NCBI GenBank assembly: GCA_964398605.1
Contig: CAYNNH010000006.1
Location: forward strand, 1 to 31,507
Length of the DNA stretch: 31,507 bases
Direction of reading: 5' to 3'
From: an uncultured Nitrososphaerota archaeon
GTDB taxonomy: Archaea; Thermoproteota; CAYNNH01
Shown: in pieces, positions 1 to 8,148 of the stretch
Layout: every line of letters starts with the position of its first letter
Numbering within the stretch: the first letter of the stretch is position 1
Made by a program: the position numbers and the translations under genes
Notes under the pieces: generated by a model
The model's database searches: none
Told to the model about the DNA's origin: nothing
The model's input: only the letters and a program-made list of their open reading frames with translations

Positions 1-2
1 CA

Positions 3-74
3 TGCCCCCGGGGGGACTCGAACCCCCGACAACTCGGTCTTCAGCCGAGCGCTCTCCCTCTGAGCTACGGGGGC
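3..74 (-). tRNA. tRNA-Phe (anticodon GAA), 72 nt, no intron, CCA not encoded
   Basis: The reverse complement folds as a canonical cloverleaf. Acceptor GCCCCCG/CGGGGGC, D arm GCTC-AGAGGGA-GAGC, anticodon arm CTCGG-CTGAAGA-CCGAG, T arm GGGGG-TTCGAGT-CCCCC, discriminator A. Confidence 0.93.
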
Positions 75-110
75 TCAAGTATTAAGCGGTAGAGATCACA
101 TAAACCTATC

Positions 111-1769
111 TCAGCGCAAAAGGAAGGATAAATCCAGTTCGAAGCAGGAAACGGGCATGGTTAAGTTCCAAGCCTCGAGGACTTCGGGGTGTATTTCGCC
201 GATGAAACCGACAGCCTTTCCGCCGACCGTTACCCTCCCAACCCTTCCACCGATGAATGATGGGTGCTCGGCTTCCTCTAGCCCGTATTCGACGCCCAAC
301 GCCTTCAGCAACGCGTCCATGGTGGACTTAATTTCGGAGAAGTTGGCGCGCGGGTGGCAGGTAACCAAGGCGATGTGGTAAGACCTCCTCACGCCCGTTT
401 CTCGGGAGGGATCGAGCTCGAAGCAGGGGCCTATTTCGAAGATTTTCTGGGGGTAAGGAGCGTGGGTGTTTTTCGAGAGAAACTCCAACAAACCTGGCAG
501 GAGCCAACTTCTCAAACAGGAGTACTCCTTGCTTATGGGGTTGGAAGTCTCGACGAGCTCTCCGCTTAAACGCATTCGGTTCAAGCATTTCTCGGGGGAA
601 GTGAGGGTGAAGGTCAGCACTTCTTGGTAGCCCAAGCCTATGGCGATTTCCCGCACTTTCCGCAATATTTCGCGCTCTCTGAGGGGCTTTCCCACGGTAG
701 GGACTGCTGGACGTAAGGGAGGGATGTTGGAGTAGCCGATGCCTATCGCGATGTCCTCTACCACGTCAATGGGGTGCAGGATGTCGACGCGGTAGCACGG
801 GGCAAGCAAGAGCAAATCCCCCTCTTTGTGCTCCAACACGTCATACCTAGCTCTGAGCAAGGCATCAATGGCTTCCTCGACCGAGATATCCATTCCGATT
901 ATCCTTCTAGCGTAGTTTAAGCCGACGGAAATCCTCTGAGGAGAAAGGTCCGGGGACTCCACGCTCTCGGCGTAGGGGTAGGAGACGGTGACCGATTGGA
1001 GCTTCCCTCCTCTCTCCGACAAGGCGGTGCACATTATGGTACACGTTTTCATGACGGTGTTGAAGTCCGTTCCCGTCACCTCCACGAATACCTCTCGAGT
1101 TTCGGGGGTCACTTTGCCGGAAGTCGCCGAGTTGATGATGGGAGGCATGGACATCACTTCCCCCTCGGAATCGACCAAGAGCGGGTACTTCGGGAGGTGG
1201 GCGATGAGGTGCCCGTACTGGATGCCTTTGGGGTGTTTCTTCAGTATTTCCTTGAGCGTGAGCTCTTCCTCGAAATCCAGCGGGACGAACTTCGTTTCGG
1301 GGTCGGCCAAGCAATACCGAATTGGGGGGGATATCCTCTCGAAATCGTAAAGGCCTATGGAAGCTTTGCGCCTCTTCCTTCCATAGCTCAGGTCGAGCTT
1401 CTCCTGCAATTGAACGGCTTGCCTGATGGCCTCGTCGTCCAGCTCAACTCCCTTTACCACGGCGCAAGCTATAAAGGGGCGGACCTCCCGTAAGTGCGGG
1501 TCGACTTCGACCTCCACGTCCGTGCTTCGGGCTTCGTACTTGGGCATGCCAAGTTCGATGCGGGCGTAGCCCTTGAGGGCTCTCGAAAGGCCTTCTGCCG
1601 ACCACAGATCGGGACGGTTCGTGTCCTTCATCTCGATCGATACTTGGTCGTCCTCTCTCGCCTTCACCTCGCCCTTCACGTATTCCAAGAGAGCCTCGAA
1701 CTCCTCGAAGGGAATGTTCTTCCCGAGGAGGCGATACACGTCCTCTAAGGAAACCGTGATGGTGGGCAT
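111..1769 (-). CDS. pheT: Phenylalanine--tRNA ligase beta subunit (archaeal type)
   Basis: 552-aa ORF whose length and sequence I recognise as an archaeal PheRS beta chain. Its ATG overlaps the stop of the upstream alpha-subunit gene by 1 nt (TGATG), giving the classic pheS-pheT arrangement. Confidence 0.92.
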   Translation of the reverse strand: MPTITVSLEDVYRLLGKNIPFEEFEALLEYVKGEVKAREDDQVSIEMKDTNRPDLWSAEGLSRALKGYARIELGMPKYEARSTDVEVEVDPHLREVRPFIACAVVKGVELDDEAIRQAVQLQEKLDLSYGRKRRKASIGLYDFERISPPIRYCLADPETKFVPLDFEEELTLKEILKKHPKGIQYGHLIAHLPKYPLLVDSEGEVMSMPPIINSATSGKVTPETREVFVEVTGTDFNTVMKTCTIMCTALSERGGKLQSVTVSYPYAESVESPDLSPQRISVGLNYARRIIGMDISVEEAIDALLRARYDVLEHKEGDLLLLAPCYRVDILHPIDVVEDIAIGIGYSNIPPLRPAVPTVGKPLREREILRKVREIAIGLGYQEVLTFTLTSPEKCLNRMRLSGELVETSNPISKEYSCLRSWLLPGLLEFLSKNTHAPYPQKIFEIGPCFELDPSRETGVRRSYHIALVTCHPRANFSEIKSTMDALLKALGVEYGLEEAEHPSFIGGRVGRVTVGGKAVGFIGEIHPEVLEAWNLTMPVSCFELDLSFLLR

Positions 1770-3283
1770 CAGACCACCCTCGCTTCCCTAATCCACTGGA
1801 GGTCGGACGAGAACACGTACCTGATGTCGTCTATCCCGTACCGCAACATGAACAACCTATCTATGCCCAATCCCCACGCGAGGACGGGGACGTCGACGCC
1901 CAGCGGCCGCGTTACCTCGGGCCTGAAGATCCCCGCTCCCCCGAACTCCATCCACCCTACCCCTTCTCTGTAGGCCATGAGCTCTACGGAAGGCTCGGTG
2001 AAGGGGAAGTAAGCGGGCAGGAACTTCACGCGTTCCGCGCCTGCTATTTCGCGGGCGAACATATCTAGTATGCCCAGCAAATGCCTGAAATTCAAGTTCT
2101 CCTCCGCTACGATCCCCTCCACTTGGTTGAACTCGACGAGGTGTTCCCTGTCGACGACATCGGGACGGTAGCACCTCGCGATGGCGAAGTACTTAACGGG
2201 CGGTTTAATTCCTCGAGCGAGCAAACGGGCGGATATGGACGTTCCTTGGGATCTCAGCACGAGTTTGCTAGCTTCTTCTACTGAGAAGCGATACTTCCAA
2301 CCTTTGGAGCCGCTAAAGCTACCCTTTTCATGTTCTTCCTTGACCCTCTCCACGATTTCGGAGTAAGCCGACAGATCCCCCCTTTGGGGATTCTTAACGT
2401 AATAAATGTCGTGAATTTCGCGGGCGGGATGGTCCTGAGGCATGAAGAGGGCGTCGCAATTGAAGAACGCGAACTCGACGACTGGCCCGTCAGCTTCTTC
2501 GAAGCCCAAAGCGAGGAGCTTCTCCCGCACTTCCTCTAAGAAAGCCGTGTACGGGTGAGGTTTGCCTGGGTACACGCGTTCGACGGGGGCGAGTATGTCA
2601 TATCTACTGAAAGAGTACTCCCGCCATTTGCCCGTTACGAGTAGATCGGGCGTTAATTGGCTTATTTCCTTCCGGATTTCCGGGAGTTTGCGGAGCATTT
2701 CTTTGCCCAATTTCGTAATGGAGACTTCTTCTCTCTCTTCTTCCAGTATTTTCAGGTAATTCGGACGTTTTTTGAGCTCCTCTAAGTAGGGGAGAAGCTC
2801 TCTCGGTAGGTCTTTTTCTTTAACGCCCTTGGATAGAAGGCGGAGGAGCTCTTCTTCGGGATAAGCTTCCGGCTTCTTGATCAAAAGCACAACGGGTGTC
2901 GCTCCTTCCCTCTTCACCGAAATCCAGCCTTTGAACTTCGCTTTCCCAAGGGCGGGATTTCGCTCTTCAGGAGCTAGAGGGGCTTTTTCAAATAAAGCGG
3001 ACAAGGGGCTTTTCCCACCCAAAGATTCGAGGGTTTCCAATAGCCGGCGCTCGGGAAGCCCCATGGAAAGGGCTTTCTCCCCTTCGGGCCCCAACTCGTA
3101 AAACCTCTCCACTCGCCTTTTCACGAGGGCGAGGCCTTTCTCCCGTAGGAGTTCAACCGCTTTCCTCACGGCGTCGACTTTGAGGCCAGCTAAGCGGGAA
3201 ATTTCCTCAATCGATTTAGGCGTTTCGCTCAGAGCTTTCAACGTCGCTATTTCTATCCTGTGAAGCGGCTTTTCCATCTTCAA
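1769..3283 (-). CDS. pheS: Phenylalanine--tRNA ligase alpha subunit (archaeal type)
   Basis: 504-aa ORF. It has a class II aaRS core ('FMPQDHPARE', 'LRSQGTSISAR', 'GAGIFRPEV...GLGIDRL') after a long N-terminal helical/winged-helix region, as in archaeal PheRS alpha. An alternative start is M3 at 3277. Confidence 0.92.
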   Translation of the reverse strand: MKMEKPLHRIEIATLKALSETPKSIEEISRLAGLKVDAVRKAVELLREKGLALVKRRVERFYELGPEGEKALSMGLPERRLLETLESLGGKSPLSALFEKAPLAPEERNPALGKAKFKGWISVKREGATPVVLLIKKPEAYPEEELLRLLSKGVKEKDLPRELLPYLEELKKRPNYLKILEEEREEVSITKLGKEMLRKLPEIRKEISQLTPDLLVTGKWREYSFSRYDILAPVERVYPGKPHPYTAFLEEVREKLLALGFEEADGPVVEFAFFNCDALFMPQDHPAREIHDIYYVKNPQRGDLSAYSEIVERVKEEHEKGSFSGSKGWKYRFSVEEASKLVLRSQGTSISARLLARGIKPPVKYFAIARCYRPDVVDREHLVEFNQVEGIVAEENLNFRHLLGILDMFAREIAGAERVKFLPAYFPFTEPSVELMAYREGVGWMEFGGAGIFRPEVTRPLGVDVPVLAWGLGIDRLFMLRYGIDDIRYVFSSDLQWIREARVV

Positions 3284-3313
3284 GCTTATGTAAAAAGAGA
3301 GATTGTTAAGTGC

Positions 3314-4411
3314 TTGAGCATCCGCATCGACCCGTGGGGATACAGCGTAATTGAGGATTATAACAAGCTCTTCGACCTATTTGGCATACAGCCCTTCTCC
3401 GAAGATCTGATTTCGCAACTGGACGAAGTGCCATATTACGTGAGGAGGGGGATCGTCTTCGGCCATCGGGATTTCGATTTATTGCTGAAGAGCATCAAAA
3501 GAGGCGATAGATACGCCGTTTTGACCGGATTTTCCCTATCGGGGAAGCTCCACATAGGGCAAAGCCTAGTAATCAAGTCCATCAATTGGCTAGCTAGTCT
3601 CGGGAACAGCGAATGTCACTTCATTTTGGCGGATCTAGAATCGTACCTCATCCGAGGGATCCCCTTGGAGGAGGCGAGGAAACTCGCCGAGGAGGATGTC
3701 TTGCCCAACGCAATAGCGCTCGGTCTCGATCCTGAGAAGTGCCGCATTTACCTGCAGTCGAGGGAGAAAAACGTGCAGAGGCTCGCAATAACCCTCAGCA
3801 AGAGGGTCACGTTCAACGAACTCAGGGCCATATACGGGTTCGACCCCGATCAGACGTCGACGGGCAAGATATTCTACCCCCTCATAAACGCGGCCGACAT
3901 ACTCCACGTACAGCTAGACGAGTACGGGGGAAAGAAACCAACGATAGTCCCCGTGGGAGCGGATCAGGATCCTCACATAAGGCTGACGAGGGATTTGGCT
4001 AAGAGGGAGGGTTTCGTAAAGCCTTCCAGCATATACTTCAAGCTAAGGAAAGGATTGCTAGGCGAGAAGATGTCTAAGAGTAAGCCCGAAGCTGCGATAT
4101 TCCTCTCCGATACTCCCGAAATGGCGAGGAAGAAAATCTGGAACGCTTTCACGGGAGGAAGACCGACCGCGAAAGAGCAGAGGGAGTTGGGCGGGAATCC
4201 CGATATATGCTCGGTTTACGAGGCGTTCGTCTACGATCTCATAGAGGACGACGAGAAGTTGTTGGAAATTAGGGAGAAATGTGTGAGGGGAGAGATCATA
4301 TGCGGTGATTGCAAGGAATTGGCCGGAGATTTGCTGGAGAAATTGTTGGAGGATCTAGCGTGTAAGAGGGAAGAGGCGAAGGAAATAGCGAAGCAATTAC
4401 TTTCGGAGTAG
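3314..4411 (+). CDS. trpS: Tryptophan--tRNA ligase (archaeal/eukaryotic type)
   Basis: Class I aaRS motifs are present: 'GKLHIGQ' (HIGH-like), a literal 'KMSKS' (nt 4067-4081), 'PVGADQDPHIRLTRD' and 'TGGRPTAKEQRELGGNPDIC'. The start is uncertain. The ORF-track GTG at 3260 overlaps the pheS start. TTG at 3314 (SIRIDPWG...) matches where archaeal TrpRS N-termini begin, as I remember them. Confidence 0.87.
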   Translation: MSIRIDPWGYSVIEDYNKLFDLFGIQPFSEDLISQLDEVPYYVRRGIVFGHRDFDLLLKSIKRGDRYAVLTGFSLSGKLHIGQSLVIKSINWLASLGNSECHFILADLESYLIRGIPLEEARKLAEEDVLPNAIALGLDPEKCRIYLQSREKNVQRLAITLSKRVTFNELRAIYGFDPDQTSTGKIFYPLINAADILHVQLDEYGGKKPTIVPVGADQDPHIRLTRDLAKREGFVKPSSIYFKLRKGLLGEKMSKSKPEAAIFLSDTPEMARKKIWNAFTGGRPTAKEQRELGGNPDICSVYEAFVYDLIEDDEKLLEIREKCVRGEIICGDCKELAGDLLEKLLEDLACKREEAKEIAKQLLSE

Positions 4412-4858
4412 TCTTCCCTCCCTGTCTATCTCCCCTTTGCGGATCCTACTGGACGAGATGGGTTTTCCATCCTCCGCGAGCAACATGTCGACCACGAACA
4501 CCTTCAGGGGAGAGAGGCCTCTCGATTTGCGCAACTCGTTGATTTCTTCGGCCCTGAATAGCGTTTCTTCGCTGACTATGATGGCGTATATGTCTTTTAA
4601 AGTCAGGCAAGGGCCATAAGGATCGTCTATAGGGAATATTTCATAGTCTTTGAAACCCTTAGACTTCAGGAAATTCTCAACAGCTTTCTTCCTAACTTCG
4701 AACGGCTCAACGTCGTGGTTCTTCATCTCGTGTGCGAACTTGTCCGTCGTCACGCCTATCAGGAGGAAGTCGGCCACCTCGATGGCCTTGCTAAGGAAGT
4801 GCTCGTGTCCTTTATGGAAAAAATCAAAGGTTCCGCCGACGATGCAAACTTTTTTCGT
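4397..4858 (-). CDS. coaD: Phosphopantetheine adenylyltransferase-like cytidylyltransferase-family protein, with a non-canonical or damaged start
   Basis: The ORF track gives 4397-4777 (GTG start). The frame stays open up to the TAG at 4868-4870, and the extra codons encode 'KKVCIVGGTFDFFHKGH', the nucleotidyltransferase (H/T)xGH signature. The C-terminal 'ISSSRIR' motif is also present. There is no ATG, GTG or TTG upstream of the motif. I place the 5' end at ACG 4856-4858. Confidence 0.75.
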   Translation of the reverse strand, partial: TKKVCIVGGTFDFFHKGHEHFLSKAIEVADFLLIGVTTDKFAHEMKNHDVEPFEVRKKAVENFLKSKGFKDYEIFPIDDPYGPCLTLKDIYAIIVSEETLFRAEEINELRKSRGLSPLKVFVVDMLLAEDGKPISSSRIRKGEIDREGRLLRK

Positions 4859-4859
4859 C

Positions 4860-5528
4860 CTAGACCCCTAGCTCGATCCACTTGCCCGGTTCGGCGATGA
4901 TTACGCGAGTTTCTGGACTTCTTTGAGCGACAAGCCTCTCGAATTCCTTGGGGTCTTGCTCGATGATGGGAAAAGTCCCGTAGTGCATGGGGATAGCGAT
5001 CTTCGGCTTGAGGAGCTCCACCGCCTTGGCCGCTTCCAATGGCGACATGGTGAAGACGCTCCCTATGGGCAGGAGGGCTATGTCGGGCGAGTACAGCTCG
5101 CCTATGAGGGCCATGTCGCCGAAGAGCCCCGTGTCCCCTGCGTGATAAACCTTGACCTCGCCCGTGTCCACTACGAAGCCCATGGGATTCCCCCTTTCCG
5201 CCGAGTGGAACGCGGGAACGGCCGTTATTTTGATCCCTCTTGCCTCGACGGTCCCCCCGATGTTCATGCCTATGGTCTCGATGCCCTCTTTCGACACGTG
5301 GGTAGCCAGCTCGTATATGGCCACGAAAACGGCGCCCGTCCGCTTGCATATCTGAATAGCTTCGCCTAGGTGGTCGGAGTGGTCGTGGGTTACGAGGACC
5401 ACGTCAGCGCTCACTTCCTCTGGCTTAACGGGCGACTTCGGATTCGTGAGCCAAGGGTCGAAGAGAACCGTCTTTCCCGCAGATTCCAGCTCGAACGCCG
5501 CGTGCCCTAACCACCTTATCCTCGCCAT
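4860..5528 (-). CDS. MBL-fold metal-dependent hydrolase (UPF0173-like)
   Basis: Contains the HxHxDH motif 'VTHDHSDHLG' and the N-terminus 'MARIRWLGHAAFELE' characteristic of this small archaeal/bacterial hydrolase family. An alternative ATG lies at 5540 (adds MGGR). Confidence 0.85.
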   Translation of the reverse strand: MARIRWLGHAAFELESAGKTVLFDPWLTNPKSPVKPEEVSADVVLVTHDHSDHLGEAIQICKRTGAVFVAIYELATHVSKEGIETIGMNIGGTVEARGIKITAVPAFHSAERGNPMGFVVDTGEVKVYHAGDTGLFGDMALIGELYSPDIALLPIGSVFTMSPLEAAKAVELLKPKIAIPMHYGTFPIIEQDPKEFERLVAQRSPETRVIIAEPGKWIELGV

Positions 5529-5566
5529 GCGACCACCCATTTAACGTTAGTGCGGGTTATCAAAAG

Positions 5567-6463
5567 TTGGTTCCCGAGGAGTATAGGAAGTCGGGGAGGA
5601 TAGCCGCCAAGTGCTTACGGGAGGTTTGTAGGATCGTCGAGCCCGGGAAGAAAATACTGGAGCTCTGCGAGTTTGCCGAAGAGCTCATCAGAAAAGAGGG
5701 GGGTTTGCCCGCATTTCCTTGCAACATAAGCGTGAACGAAGTAGCGGCGCACTACAGCTCTCCTCCCGGAGACGAGAGCGTAATCCCCGATAAGGGGGTC
5801 GTCAAGGTGGACTTGGGAGTCCATGTGGACGGGTACATCACCGATACGGCGTTCACCGTCGCTTTGGATCCGAAGTACGAAGAAATGGTCCAAGTGGCGG
5901 AAGAAGCTCTGGAAGAGGGCATGGTGGCCATAGCGCCAGGCGTTAGGCTCTCGGAAGTGGGCAAAGTGATTGAGCGAACGATAAAAAGGGCGGGGTACAA
6001 GCCCATCGAAAACTTGACGGGGCATTTGCTGAGCAGATACGTGTTGCACGCGGGAAAATCCGTCCCCAACGTAGGCAAGGCGAAAGAAAAGGGCGTGGTG
6101 AGGGCCGGGGAGGTTTATGCCATCGAGCCCTTCATCACGTTGCCCAGCGCGAAGGGTTGGGTAATAGAAGGGGGTCAGGCGTTCATATATAGGGCCATTA
6201 AGCCGAAAACGAAGGAGAAAAAGTACAAAAAGCTCATGGAGGCGATAAGGAAGTTTAAAGGCCTGCCTTTCTCGGGAAGGTGGCTCGTAAAGCCTTTTGG
6301 CGAGGATTTCGTGAAAAGCGGGCTCAACGCCCTCGTGAAAGAAGGAAGCCTCATGGCGTATCCCGTTCTGATTGAGAAGAGCAAGAAAGTCGTGGCACAA
6401 GTAGAAGCAACGATCTACGTGGGAGAGAATAGCAACGTGATCTTAACGCCTCTATTAGCTTAG
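5567..6463 (+). CDS. map: Methionine aminopeptidase, type 2 (archaeal)
   Basis: 298-aa ORF with 'PAFPCNISVNEVAAHYSP', 'VKVDLGVHVDGYITDTAFTV', 'NLTGHLL..Y.LHAGKSVPN', 'YAIEPF' and the type-2 helical insert. It resembles the Pyrococcus MetAP as I remember it. The start is TTG. Confidence 0.92.
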   Translation: MVPEEYRKSGRIAAKCLREVCRIVEPGKKILELCEFAEELIRKEGGLPAFPCNISVNEVAAHYSSPPGDESVIPDKGVVKVDLGVHVDGYITDTAFTVALDPKYEEMVQVAEEALEEGMVAIAPGVRLSEVGKVIERTIKRAGYKPIENLTGHLLSRYVLHAGKSVPNVGKAKEKGVVRAGEVYAIEPFITLPSAKGWVIEGGQAFIYRAIKPKTKEKKYKKLMEAIRKFKGLPFSGRWLVKPFGEDFVKSGLNALVKEGSLMAYPVLIEKSKKVVAQVEATIYVGENSNVILTPLLA

Positions 6464-6790
6464 TTCTTCCTTCGTGGGCTTCCTGAATATGGCGGTAATG
6501 ATCATGGGTTTCTTACACCTTGGGCACTCCTCGACTTCCTTGAAAACGTAGTCTCCCTTCTTGAAGGGACGCACGTATTTGTGCCCGCAACCCTCGCAGA
6601 TCACTTCTGTCGAAACGCTAAAAACGGGCTCTATGGGAGGGGGAGGACGGGGAACGGTGGTGATGAATAGTAGAATAGAGAGCAACAAAAGAAGCCATCC
6701 TGTTTGGCTCTGACCTTCCACCATGAAGATTATGGAAAGAACGACCAAGACTAGGGCAAGCGCCCTCAGAAAAGCGTCAAATACCCGCAT
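6455..6790 (-). CDS. Small membrane protein with a C-terminal zinc ribbon (hypothetical)
   Basis: Two hydrophobic helices are followed by a proline run (PRPPPPIEP) and 'CEGCGH...x20...CPRCKK' (CxxC-x20-CxxC). I prefer ATG 6790. The ORF-track TTG 6814 would overlap the upstream gene by 11 nt. Confidence 0.6.
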   Translation of the reverse strand: MRVFDAFLRALALVLVVLSIIFMVEGQSQTGWLLLLLSILLFITTVPRPPPPIEPVFSVSTEVICEGCGHKYVRPFKKGDYVFKEVEECPRCKKPMIITAIFRKPTKEELS

Positions 6791-6803
6791 CAGCTTTCGG
6801 TTT

Positions 6804-7925
6804 TTACTGGCCAATTCCCAAAGTATTGCCCACTCCGGCTACTATTACGTTATCATTTTCCTTGGTGTTCTCTAAGATGATTCGCTTCAACTTTTCCAGC
6901 GCTTTCTCCACCCCTTTCACGATTTCTTCCCGCATGGGAGTCAACGCGTCCCGAAGCGATTCCTTGATGATCATCGCGTAAACCGGGACTTTCTTCTTCG
7001 TCGCGATTTCTTCAATCTTGTACTTATCGACGCCTATCCCGCCTATGGCGGCGCCAACTCCCTCGCTCACGTCCCCAGTCTTCTCTCCTTCGAGCTTCAT
7101 TCCAGCATCGACCATAATAACTAGCGAAACGTTGCCCGCGAGTCTTTCGATTATCCTCTTGATGGCTTCTCCGGGTTTTCCGACGTTCCCTTCAGGTCCT
7201 TTGGCTTTTACGACGAACAAACGACGATTCTGGAAAGGCACCTCAGCGACCACGGTGTCTTTCGCAATTTCCTCGACTTTGTGACCCCTCATGAGCTTGG
7301 CGGCAAGTAAGGCCCCGGCTCCGTCTCCTATGGGTTGATGATTCAGGAAGGCGACGAAGGCCCCCATGTAGCTCTTCGCTTGGATCATGATGATCGGGAG
7401 GAGCATGTAGAGCTGGTAAGTCAGCAGGATGCTGTTCGTCTTCTTGCTCAGGATGTAGTAGTGGCGCACGACGCGGTAGATCTGGTTCAGGGCGAGGGCG
7501 GCTTCGAGCATCATCGACATGTTCTTGATTTCACCCTCCTCGGCGGAGGGGACCATGCGCTTGACCTCGTCTAGGAAGCGGGCTTCTCGGACATCCATCA
7601 GGTGTTCGAGCTTGTACATGATGCCTACAGGATCCGCCGATACGGGCTCGATGACGAAGTATTCCAATAGGCGATCGAGGCGTTCTTCTACGTCTTCAGG
7701 CACCCCTTTGAAGGATTTTAGGACTTTTAGCGAGGTATCCCTCGCGTACTTCCTCATGCGATCGAGCTTCCGAACCGCTTTGTTTATCTCCCAGAGGTAG
7801 AACGCGTTGTTTATCCTCTGCCCGAAAAGGGCCCATATAACGAAGAAGGCGAAGAAGGCGAGAAGGGAGTATATCCAAGATTGCCAAGATTGGTCGAAAA
7901 GACCTTGCGAAACGAGGTGCCACAT
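6804..7925 (-). CDS. Conserved archaeal membrane-anchored protein of unknown function (DUF1512-like)
   Basis: Long ORF with an N-terminal TM helix ('IYSLLAFFAFFVIWALF'), a helical middle region and a C-terminal Gly-rich domain ('IGDGAGALLAAKL', 'GKPGEA', 'VDAGMKLEGEKTGDVSEGVGAAIGGIGVDK'). The family name is recalled from memory only. I prefer ATG 7925. GTG 7967 is the maximal ORF. Confidence 0.65.
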   Translation of the reverse strand: MWHLVSQGLFDQSWQSWIYSLLAFFAFFVIWALFGQRINNAFYLWEINKAVRKLDRMRKYARDTSLKVLKSFKGVPEDVEERLDRLLEYFVIEPVSADPVGIMYKLEHLMDVREARFLDEVKRMVPSAEEGEIKNMSMMLEAALALNQIYRVVRHYYILSKKTNSILLTYQLYMLLPIIMIQAKSYMGAFVAFLNHQPIGDGAGALLAAKLMRGHKVEEIAKDTVVAEVPFQNRRLFVVKAKGPEGNVGKPGEAIKRIIERLAGNVSLVIMVDAGMKLEGEKTGDVSEGVGAAIGGIGVDKYKIEEIATKKKVPVYAMIIKESLRDALTPMREEIVKGVEKALEKLKRIILENTKENDNVIVAGVGNTLGIGQ

Positions 7926-8003
7926 CGTTCTTTTATACACGGCGAGCGGCCTTATTAGAACTCCCACGTGCTTAACCTAATAAAGGTCGTGAGCGTAGAT
8001 ACT

Positions 8004-8130
8004 TGCCCCGCCGGCCATAGGGCGCGGGTCCCACCCGGTCTCATTCCGAACCCGGAAGTTAAACCGCGCTCCGTTCCCGGGAGTAGTGCGGTGCGGGAGC
8101 CCGCGCGAAACCGGGAAAGCTGGCGGGGCA
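8004..8130 (+). rRNA. 5S ribosomal RNA (orphan, not linked to 16S/23S in this window)
   Basis: Terminal helix TGCCCCGCC(8004-8012)/GGCGGGGCA(8122-8130). The conserved core 'CCCACCCGGTCTCATTCCGAACCCGGAAGTTAAAC' is present. About 127 nt. Confidence 0.9.
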
Positions 8131-8148
8131 TTCTTCTTATAACTCAAA
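8131..8148. terminator. T-rich spacer between convergent 5S rRNA and tRNA-Gln (possible oligo-T terminator)
   Basis: The sequence TTCTTCTTATAACTCAAA lies directly after the 5S 3' end, and its complement (TTTGAGTTATAAGAAGAA) follows the tRNA 3' end. Archaeal RNAP terminates at oligo-T tracts. Confidence 0.3.

Noticed and set aside
5615-6400. 261-aa ORF antisense to the methionine aminopeptidase gene
   Set aside because: It lies entirely inside a confidently identified gene on the opposite strand. Its composition is Arg/Leu/Phe/His-rich with no recognisable motifs. It is a typical shadow ORF of a moderately GC-rich coding region.
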